From the NCBI GenBank assembly GCA_027492205.1, contig JAOZFN010000006.1:71369-135368 (forward strand): 64,000 nt of DNA, written 5' to 3'. Each line of letters starts with the position of its first letter. Positions within the stretch are counted from its first letter, which is position 1. Positions 9,445 to 16,717 of the stretch are shown in pieces. The notes beneath the pieces are model-generated. The model was not told the DNA's origin, made no database searches, and was given only the letters and a program-made list of their open reading frames with translations. Position numbers and translations under genes: made by a program. This DNA comes from Thermoproteota archaeon. Lineage in GTDB: Archaea > Korarchaeota > Korarchaeia > Korarchaeales > Korarchaeaceae.

Positions 9445-10494
9445 ATGCCAAGGGCCAAGAAGAAGGTGGAGCCCGAGGAGGGAGAGGGGGGAGAGGGGGC
9501 CCAAGAGGAGCCCGAGTCCCCCCCGCTTGACGAGCTGGACGGGGCCGAGGCCATCGAGGAGGTCGACCTCACCACCCTGAGCGGGGTCGGGCCGACCATA
9601 GCGAAGAGGCTCACGGAGGCTGGCTTCACGACCCTCGAGTCGATAGCCCTCACGTCCCCGGCGGAGCTCTCCGCCGCGGCCGGGATCCCTATGTCCACGG
9701 CCAGCAAGATCATCGCGTCGGCCAGGAAGATACTGAAGGTCGATGTGATGACCGCCTTCGATTACTACCAGAAGAGGAAGAGCGTTCAGAGGATAACGAC
9801 CGGCACCAAGGCCCTAGACGACTTGCTTGGAGGGGGGGTTGAGACCCAGGCTATAACGGAGATTTACGGCCCCTATGGGAGCGGGAAGACTCAGCTCTGT
9901 CATCAGATGGCCGTGACGGTTCAGCTGCCCGTCGAGAGGGGCGGGCTCGGTCGCAGGTGCCTCTACATTGACACCGAGGGGACGTTCAGGCCCGAGAGGA
10001 TCGTTCAGATAGCTGAGAGATTCGAGCTCGACCCGGAGACTACCCTGAAGAACATTCTGGTAGCCAGGGCCTTCACCGCCGACCACCAGATGGTCGTGAC
10101 GGAGAAGGCGGAGCCGTACCTGAAGAAGTACAACATCGGCCTGATCATCGTGGACTCGCTGATAAGCCACTTCAGAGGGGAGTTCGTCGGCAGAGAAAAC
10201 TTGGCCGCGCGTCAGCAGAAGCTGAACAAGTACCTCCACAAGCTCCTGAGGTACGCCCTGGGGTACAACCTGGCGGTGCTGGTTACCAACCAGGTCCTCG
10301 CCCAGCCGGATGCCTTCTTCGGGGACCCCAACAGGCCGGCGGGAGGCCACGTCTTGGGGCACGGGGTGACCGCCAGACTCTACATAAAGCGGGCCAAGGG
10401 GAACCGCAGGCTGGTCAAGCTGGTCAAGAGCCCCTACCTGCCAGAGGACTCGGCGGAGGTCGCGATCACAGGGGGCGGCGTCGAGGACGTGTGA
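9445..10494 (+). CDS. radA: DNA repair and recombination protein RadA
   Basis: HhH N-domain, GGVETQAITE, Walker A GPYGSGKTQ, YIDTEGTFRPER, LAARQQKL. Start ATG 9445. Confidence 0.97.
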   Translation: MPRAKKKVEPEEGEGGEGAQEEPESPPLDELDGAEAIEEVDLTTLSGVGPTIAKRLTEAGFTTLESIALTSPAELSAAAGIPMSTASKIIASARKILKVDVMTAFDYYQKRKSVQRITTGTKALDDLLGGGVETQAITEIYGPYGSGKTQLCHQMAVTVQLPVERGGLGRRCLYIDTEGTFRPERIVQIAERFELDPETTLKNILVARAFTADHQMVVTEKAEPYLKKYNIGLIIVDSLISHFRGEFVGRENLAARQQKLNKYLHKLLRYALGYNLAVLVTNQVLAQPDAFFGDPNRPAGGHVLGHGVTARLYIKRAKGNRRLVKLVKSPYLPEDSAEVAITGGGVEDV

Positions 10495-10505
10495 GGGCCC
10501 ATCAA

Positions 10506-10715
10506 ATGAGGCGGCAGGTTCGAGTTCGGCTGGAGGGAGAGGAGGTATCGGTCGACGCCCACATGAGGATATCTGAACTCATGCGCGAACTCGGCTATCA
10601 CCCTGAGGCCCACGTTCCCTTCGTGAACGGATCTCCTGCGCCTGAGAGAATGTACCTCTCCAATGGGGACGATGTGAGGTTCGTCAGGATCACCGTGCAC
10701 CACCCGGGCGTGTGA
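10506..10715 (+). CDS. ThiS/MoaD-like ubiquitin-fold protein lacking C-terminal Gly-Gly
   Basis: 'ISELMRELG...VNG...LSNGDDVRFV' beta-grasp signature, directly upstream of a TtuA/NcsA gene. Ends HHPGV. Confidence 0.7.
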   Translation: MRRQVRVRLEGEEVSVDAHMRISELMRELGYHPEAHVPFVNGSPAPERMYLSNGDDVRFVRITVHHPGV

Positions 10716-10721
10716 TGAACC

Positions 10722-11702
10722 TTGCGTCCCGCCTGTGACCGGTGTGGATCGAGAGAGGCCATTCACACGGTTCATCTCACCAACGAGAACCTCTGCGGCG
10801 AGTGCCTCGTTCAAGACGTCCGGAGAAGGGTATTCTCGCTGCTCGACAGGCTCGTCGAGGACGGAGATCGGGTCGCCGTGGCGCTCTCGGGCGGGAAAGA
10901 TAGCTCCCTCACGCTGCACCTCTTGGCGGAGTACCAGAGCGTCGAGCGAAGGAAGTTTGACCTGATGGCCATCACGGTGGACGAGGGGACCGCTTACAGA
11001 AGGTCCGGCATAGAAGCCGCCCGCAAGCTGACCCGAAGGCTGGGCGTGGGGCACGTCGTTGTGGGGATGAGGGACATCCACGGGATAGACGTGGCGGAGG
11101 TCAGGGCGATCCTCCCCAGGCGCTGGAGGAGGTCGGCCTGTACCTACTGCGGAGTCCTGAGGCGGTGGGCAATTAACAAGGTGGCCAGGGAGGAGGGCGC
11201 CACCAAGGTGGCGACCGGCCACAACCTAGACGACGTACTTCAGACTCACCTAATGAACCTGGCTCGGGGCGACGTCCCCGCCATGGTGAGGTCCGGTCAG
11301 GGGGTAAAGTCTCCGTCTCCCCTCATGGTTCCGAGGATCAGACCGCTTGCTGGGGTGAGGGAGAGGGAGGTGGCGGCCGCCGCCCTCCATCTGGGCCTCC
11401 CGGCGCACTTCGGTAAGTGTCCCCTGACCACTGGCATGAGGGTTGGGGTCAGGAGGTCGATCGACGAGCTCGAGCTCGCCATCCCCGGCATCAAGGAGGA
11501 CCTACTCTCGGGCCTGTGGGCCGTGATAGGAGAGGTTAGGGCCTCCGGGGCGATTGGTGTCGAGTTAAGGTCGTGTAAGCTGTGCGGTGAGCCAACGACT
11601 GGTGAGATCTGCAAGACTTGCCAAATGAAGCTGGAGCTGCAGGACCTGGCCCACAGGCCCCTCCTCTTTCCGCGTCAACCCCAGGCTAACTCAAATTATT
11701 AG
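10722..11702 (+). CDS. tRNA 2-thiouridine synthase, TtuA/Ncs6/NcsA (TIGR00269) family
   Basis: N- and C-terminal Zn fingers, PP-loop SGGKDS, CTYC, GHNLDD, downstream CP cysteine. Confidence 0.88.
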   Translation: MRPACDRCGSREAIHTVHLTNENLCGECLVQDVRRRVFSLLDRLVEDGDRVAVALSGGKDSSLTLHLLAEYQSVERRKFDLMAITVDEGTAYRRSGIEAARKLTRRLGVGHVVVGMRDIHGIDVAEVRAILPRRWRRSACTYCGVLRRWAINKVAREEGATKVATGHNLDDVLQTHLMNLARGDVPAMVRSGQGVKSPSPLMVPRIRPLAGVREREVAAAALHLGLPAHFGKCPLTTGMRVGVRRSIDELELAIPGIKEDLLSGLWAVIGEVRASGAIGVELRSCKLCGEPTTGEICKTCQMKLELQDLAHRPLLFPRQPQANSNY

Positions 11703-11717
11703 CAACTGAGGCAACGA

Positions 11718-12515
11718 TTGGTCGAGGTAGTTGGCGAAATGGGCTGGCTGAAGTTCTCCATACTCGGTGAACCGGCAGGGGGCTACGGGCTGGCCATAGC
11801 CGGGTACCCCGGGGTGGCCAATGTCGGGGCAGGCGTGGTCACCTACCTCTCGGAGGAGCTGGGAGCCGAGCCGCTGGCGAGGCTTTACTCGGAGTACCTG
11901 TTCCTCCCGGGTAACGTTGCCGGCATATCGATATCCGAAGACGGCAGCTTCGAACTGCCCTCGATTGACATTTATCACACCAGAGAGGAAGTCTCGAGTG
12001 TCGGGAGACTCCTCTTGATCACGAGTCAGGTCCAGCCGGTCCCTTGGGGCCAGCTCGAGGTCGCGTCCAAGCTCTTGGGGAAATTGAAGTCCCTCGGGGC
12101 CAGCTCGCTTCTCGTCGTGACCGGCTTTGCGGATCCGGACATCGCGGGGCGGGTGCTGGCCTTTGGAACCAATTCAGACCTGCTCCAGAGGATCATCTCC
12201 GCCGGCGCCGAGGAGAAGACTCCCATGAAGTCCATAGTCGGTCTGGCAGGAGCCACTCTCGCGTCTGCCAAGCTCTTTGACCTGCCGTACGTTTCCTTGA
12301 CGGGGGTCTCCGAGACCTCGGCCCCAGACTTCAGGGCGGCAGGGGAGGTTCTGAAGATTCTGAACTCAGCCCTGGACCTTCAACTAAACTTGGGGAGCAT
12401 AGAAAGGAGGATAAGAGAGTTCGAGGAGATGAAGAGGAGCATCCTACGTCAGCTTGAGGAGCAGATATCCTCCATGACATCGACCGGTTCGGATGAGACG
12501 GGATACGTGGGGTGA
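11718..12515 (+). CDS. PAC2-family proteasome assembly chaperone (paralogue 1)
   Basis: GYPGVANVG, QVQP, IVGLAG, PDFRAA motifs, coiled C-terminus ending YVG. Confidence 0.8.
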   Translation: MVEVVGEMGWLKFSILGEPAGGYGLAIAGYPGVANVGAGVVTYLSEELGAEPLARLYSEYLFLPGNVAGISISEDGSFELPSIDIYHTREEVSSVGRLLLITSQVQPVPWGQLEVASKLLGKLKSLGASSLLVVTGFADPDIAGRVLAFGTNSDLLQRIISAGAEEKTPMKSIVGLAGATLASAKLFDLPYVSLTGVSETSAPDFRAAGEVLKILNSALDLQLNLGSIERRIREFEEMKRSILRQLEEQISSMTSTGSDETGYVG

Positions 12516-12862
12516 TGGCTACGCCCATCGAGAGGCTCAAGAGGAAGCTCACGATAGAGAACCTCTGGCTATACATACTCACTCTACTCAAGGACGGGCC
12601 GAAGTACCCCTACGAAATACCGGATCTCATGGAGAAGAGATTTGGCTGGAAGCCTGCGCGCGTAACGGGCTACATCGTCATGAAGAGACTCGAGATGGAC
12701 GGGTACATCCGCATAGTGAGGAGGAAGAGCAGCCAGGGGAGAGTCAGGAACTACTACGAGCTAACCGACAAGGGCAGGGAGGCGCTGAGGGAGGCAGAGA
12801 ACTTCCTGAGGGGCCTCGTGAACTCCCTCTTCGGACCGGGAGAGGAGAGTGTGGGGAGTTGA
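12515..12862 (+). CDS. PadR-family transcriptional regulator
   Basis: ILTLLKDGPKYPYEI...Y..MKRLE.DG...RNYYELTDKG. Confidence 0.9.
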   Translation: MATPIERLKRKLTIENLWLYILTLLKDGPKYPYEIPDLMEKRFGWKPARVTGYIVMKRLEMDGYIRIVRRKSSQGRVRNYYELTDKGREALREAENFLRGLVNSLFGPGEESVGS

Positions 12863-13902
12863 GGATTTGGATAGACGTGATGACCCCCAAGCAGGCCAGG
12901 GTGTTCTCTCAGGTCTATCGAGTCGCCAGATCTAGGGGCCACGAGGTCCTCCTGACGACCCGCCTCCACGGAGAGACCACGCAGATTCTCTCTATGGAGG
13001 GGGTCCCTCACATCTCCGTTGGTAGACACGGAGGGAGGGAACTGCTCTCAAAGCTCAAGGCGTACGCCCACAGGGCCCTGGATCTAGTCGATCTCGTAAC
13101 CGAGTTTGAGCCACACGTCCTGATGAGCCTGTCCTCTCCAGAGGCAGTCAGGGTGGCATTTGGCCTTGGCGTGAGGGTGATCTCGCTGAACGACACCCCC
13201 CACTCCGTACACGTGGGGAGGTTAACTCTCCCCCTCACCGACCGCCTCGTCTACCCGGCGGCAGTTCCCGCCTACAGGTGGCTCAGTCTAGGCGCGAGGG
13301 CTGAGACGCTGAGACCCTACTACGGGGTAGACGAGGTGTCTTGGGTTCTCCCGGCCTTGGAGCGACTCCGATTTAGATGCAGAGAAGGGGGCTTGGCCGT
13401 AGTTAGACCTGAGGAGTCGCACGCGGCATATCTGACCGGCGGAGCCGGCCAAGCCAGCGTCGTTGAGCCGTGCCTCGAGTTCCTCCTTGACAGAGGGTAC
13501 AGGGTCGTGCTCCTCCCTAGGTACGATGACCAGGGTGAGTACTTTCGGAGGAGGTACGGAGATCGCGTTGTGATCCCCGACAGGGCGGTTGATCCCGTCC
13601 CCCTCTACTCCACTGCGGACGTCGTCATCTCGGGGGGCGGCACCATGTCGAGGGAGGCGGCGATGTTCGGGACGCCCGCCATCTCTCTATTTCCGCTGGA
13701 AGACCCACTGTACGTCGACGAGTTCCTTGCATCTCTGGGGCTGCCCCTATTCAGATCCAGGGATCCGAGGGACGCGCTGACTCTCCTGGGGAGAATCGTC
13801 CACGACCCCGACGAGTTCAGAGTCGACCCTCGACCCGTGCTCTCCCTACTCGAGAGCCCGGTGGAGGTCCTGCTCCAGGAGGCAGAGCGCCTAGCGGGAT
13901 GA
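12859..13902 (+). CDS. DUF354-family glycosyltransferase-like protein
   Basis: RIWIDVMTPKQ, GRHGG, SPEAVRVAFGLG, RPEE..AAY, GGGTMSREAA. TTG start overlaps the padR stop (TTGA). Confidence 0.82.
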   Translation: MRIWIDVMTPKQARVFSQVYRVARSRGHEVLLTTRLHGETTQILSMEGVPHISVGRHGGRELLSKLKAYAHRALDLVDLVTEFEPHVLMSLSSPEAVRVAFGLGVRVISLNDTPHSVHVGRLTLPLTDRLVYPAAVPAYRWLSLGARAETLRPYYGVDEVSWVLPALERLRFRCREGGLAVVRPEESHAAYLTGGAGQASVVEPCLEFLLDRGYRVVLLPRYDDQGEYFRRRYGDRVVIPDRAVDPVPLYSTADVVISGGGTMSREAAMFGTPAISLFPLEDPLYVDEFLASLGLPLFRSRDPRDALTLLGRIVHDPDEFRVDPRPVLSLLESPVEVLLQEAERLAG

Positions 13903-13911
13903 GCGCCCTCC

Positions 13912-15231
13912 CTATGGGGCCATCCTGAACCTCCTCAAGACGCTGTCCGCGAGCACGGTCAGGGGCTCACTGACCGGCGTGAGGAGTGGGTGATAGGCGA
14001 ACTCCGTGGTCAAGAGATCCTGAAGACTCATCCCACTCAGTATCGCCAGCGCGGCCGATGATACCCTCCCCCACACCTCCCTGGCACCCCAGAACTGAGC
14101 CCCGATCAGGCGTCCCTCCTTGGTGGCAACCAGCCAGGAGAGTACCCTATCCACGCCGGGGGCGAACCTCTCCAAGTCAAGCGTAGAGAGTCTGCCGGTA
14201 ACGTGCTCCAGCCCCCACCTCGTGGCTTGGGTGGCGGACAGGCCGACGCCGCCCAACAGGCGATCTCCGACGTGAATCACGTATGGAGAGAGGGCGCCGC
14301 GATACCTCAGGTCCCCCCCAACGGCGTTTCGGCCAGCTATCCTCCCCTGAACAAGGGCCGTGGAGACTAGCCCGGTGACCACGGGACGACCTGTGACGTA
14401 CTCCCTGACCTCCGCCACGTCTCCGGCGGCGTAAACTCTCGGGGCGGCCCTCATCCTGTCGTCAACCCTGATTCCACCGGTCTCCCCTACGGGTATACCC
14501 GCCTCCGCCGCCAGCTTGGAGTTCGGCCTCACGCCCGCCGCGACTATGACGGTATCCGCCTCTATCACACGGTCTCCCGCCAGAACCTCGGAGGCCCTCC
14601 CGGTGGGCCCCCTGATCTCCTTGACGGGAGACTTCAGCAGCACCCTCACGCCCAGCGAGCGCAGGTACTTGGCCACGGTCGAAGCCACCGGCGGGTCCAC
14701 CTTCCCCGGCATGAGCTGCTCCATCATCTCGACGAGCCACACATCCTTTCCACCCTTGGCGAGCGCGCCGGCCACCTCCAAACCCGTGGCGCTGCCCCCA
14801 ACGACGACTATCCGCTCTCCCATGTGCTTCAGGATGTACTCCGCATCCTCGACGTCCCAGAGGAGCCTCACCCCCTCGAGATCTAGCCCCGAGATCGGCG
14901 GCCTCGTGGGCCTGAGCCCAGTCGCTATAACGAGAGCGTCGTACTCCAGCGACTCCTGAGAGCCGTCCTTGGAGAAGTGAACCTTCTTTCCCTCCAAGTC
15001 GATCCCCTCTACCTCGGCTGATGTGATGACCTCTATACCGGGCCTCGGAACCCTGTCAACGACGCTCTCGAGAGGGATTTCCCCCGCCACCACGTAAGGC
15101 AGGGCGCACGGGTGGTAAGATGGGTAAGGGTGTCTCTCTAGGACGATCACTTCGCTCTCGGGGCTGTCCTTCTTGGCGAACCCGGCTGCTGTCTGCCCGG
15201 CCGTCCCGTTCCCGACGACGACTACTCTCAT
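13912..15231 (-). CDS. NADH oxidase / CoA-disulfide reductase family flavoprotein
   Basis: GxGxxG-like FAD fold, redox Cys in SYHPCALPY, ATG motif, VYAAGD, FAYHP. Confidence 0.85.
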   Translation of the reverse strand: MRVVVVGNGTAGQTAAGFAKKDSPESEVIVLERHPYPSYHPCALPYVVAGEIPLESVVDRVPRPGIEVITSAEVEGIDLEGKKVHFSKDGSQESLEYDALVIATGLRPTRPPISGLDLEGVRLLWDVEDAEYILKHMGERIVVVGGSATGLEVAGALAKGGKDVWLVEMMEQLMPGKVDPPVASTVAKYLRSLGVRVLLKSPVKEIRGPTGRASEVLAGDRVIEADTVIVAAGVRPNSKLAAEAGIPVGETGGIRVDDRMRAAPRVYAAGDVAEVREYVTGRPVVTGLVSTALVQGRIAGRNAVGGDLRYRGALSPYVIHVGDRLLGGVGLSATQATRWGLEHVTGRLSTLDLERFAPGVDRVLSWLVATKEGRLIGAQFWGAREVWGRVSSAALAILSGMSLQDLLTTEFAYHPLLTPVSEPLTVLADSVLRRFRMAP

Positions 15232-15283
15232 CGTCCCGCCCGTCAACACCATAGGTTAAAAGCCCGCATGCGTCGGCAGGGCG

Positions 15284-16072
15284 ATGCCCCACCTAGAGCT
15301 GGTCAGGGTTGCTGAGGTGAAGCCCAAGCGCAAACTGGTGCTCGTCCAGGGGGTGCCGGGGCTGGGGCTAGTTGGAAAGATTGCGGTTCAGTACCTCATA
15401 GACAACGCCGGCCCGAGGCTCGTAGCTAGGATCTTCAGCGACTATCTCCCGCTCCCCGACGGGAGCGCGGGAGTCCGCGTCTCGGACGGGGACGTGGTGC
15501 CCCCCACTTATGACCTCTACTACCTCAGCCAACCCAGCGCTGAGGTGGACTTCCTCCTCCTCACCTCAGACGTTCAACCCATTCCGTGGGGCCAGTACTC
15601 GGTTGGCGAACTCGTTCTCGACTATGCTCAGGAGCTGGGGGTCGAGGAGCTACTGACCTTCGGCGGCTATGTGCCGGGGAGCCCCGATGTGGAGGGCGTG
15701 TTCGCCGCCTCCAACGACGACTCGCTCTGGGAGAAGCTGGAGGCGGCTGGGGTGATGAGGCTCCAGGGGGGGTTCGTCACGGGTGCAGCAGGTTTGCTGG
15801 TTGGGCTGGGTCACCTGCGGGGCATCCCCAGCGCCTGCGTCTTGAGCACCACCGAGGGGCAGAGACCGGATCCCAGGGCCTCTAAGAGACTCATCCTCCT
15901 GTTAGGGAAGCTGTATGGGTTGAACGTCGATCTTTCCGGGCTGGACGAGCTGATAAAGGAGGAGGAGTCCGTGAGATCCCTGCTTGAGGAGAAGGCTAGG
16001 CAGGCCTTGGAGAGAAGGCGGGAGTGGGAGGAGAGAAAGGAAGGCGAGGAGGGTCTCCCATATCACCTGTGA
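15284..16072 (+). CDS. PAC2-family proteasome assembly chaperone (paralogue 2)
   Basis: GVPGLGLVGKIA, SDVQP, TFGGY, GAAGLL, PDPRAS motifs. Ends YHL. Confidence 0.85.
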   Translation: MPHLELVRVAEVKPKRKLVLVQGVPGLGLVGKIAVQYLIDNAGPRLVARIFSDYLPLPDGSAGVRVSDGDVVPPTYDLYYLSQPSAEVDFLLLTSDVQPIPWGQYSVGELVLDYAQELGVEELLTFGGYVPGSPDVEGVFAASNDDSLWEKLEAAGVMRLQGGFVTGAAGLLVGLGHLRGIPSACVLSTTEGQRPDPRASKRLILLLGKLYGLNVDLSGLDELIKEEESVRSLLEEKARQALERRREWEERKEGEEGLPYHL

Positions 16073-16077
16073 GGGCC

Positions 16078-16671
16078 CTACTCCACCTTGACCTTCTTCT
16101 CCCTCACCTTGGTCCTCTTGCCCTCCCTCTTCGGCAGCCGCACCTCCAATATGCCGTTGCTGTAAGTGGCCTTCGCCCCCTCGGGCTTCACCTCGGCGGG
16201 CAGATCCACCTTAGCGCTGTAGGGCTTGGCCCTTATCGTGAGCCTCCTCTCGGTCGCCGACACGTCTATGTCCTCCTTGCTGACCCCAGGGATCTCTGCC
16301 ACGACCACGATCTCGTCCCCAAAGTCCATGACGTCGAGTACGGGCTCCCTCGTAGCTTCCTCCTCTCTCCTAGTCTCGATCTCCTCGATCTCGCTCTCCC
16401 TAACCTCTTCTCTGGTGGGGACGTTTCCGAACCTCCTTATTATCGGCTTTCCGTCGGGTCCGATGGTCATGTAGTAGCCGTATACGAATGGAGCGCGGAA
16501 CTCCATCCCGCTGGGAGTCTTGAACACCGGAAGCCTGTCCTCCAGCTCTTCTAGGTCATCGAGGGACATTAGCTCCTCCAGCTGCCTCTCCATGTCCTTC
16601 TGGACCTCTCGAATGAACCTCATGATCTCCCTAATCCACTCCTCAAAGGGGTCCCTGCTGCTCTCGCCCAT
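16078..16671 (-). CDS. hsp20: Small heat shock protein Hsp20 (archaeal type)
   Basis: PFVYGYYMTIGPDGKP..FGN, EPVLDV, EIPGV.KEDI, ATYSNGILEV, IxI-like VKVE tail. Confidence 0.93.
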   Translation of the reverse strand: MGESSRDPFEEWIREIMRFIREVQKDMERQLEELMSLDDLEELEDRLPVFKTPSGMEFRAPFVYGYYMTIGPDGKPIIRRFGNVPTREEVRESEIEEIETRREEEATREPVLDVMDFGDEIVVVAEIPGVSKEDIDVSATERRLTIRAKPYSAKVDLPAEVKPEGAKATYSNGILEVRLPKREGKRTKVREKKVKVE

Positions 16672-16717
16672 CGCACCGCCTCTCGGTTATGGGGGGTACC
16701 CCACCTTAACTGTTTTC

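Noticed and set aside
9445-10494. Possible intein in RadA or other ATPases
   Set aside because: Protein lengths are normal, and no intein-like insertion interrupts the motifs of RadA, HerA, Rad50 or the visible part of Cdc48.
12493-12858. Apparent N-terminal extension of the DUF354 ORF (469 aa)
   Set aside because: It overlaps padR in another frame. The family N-terminus begins at TTG 12859.
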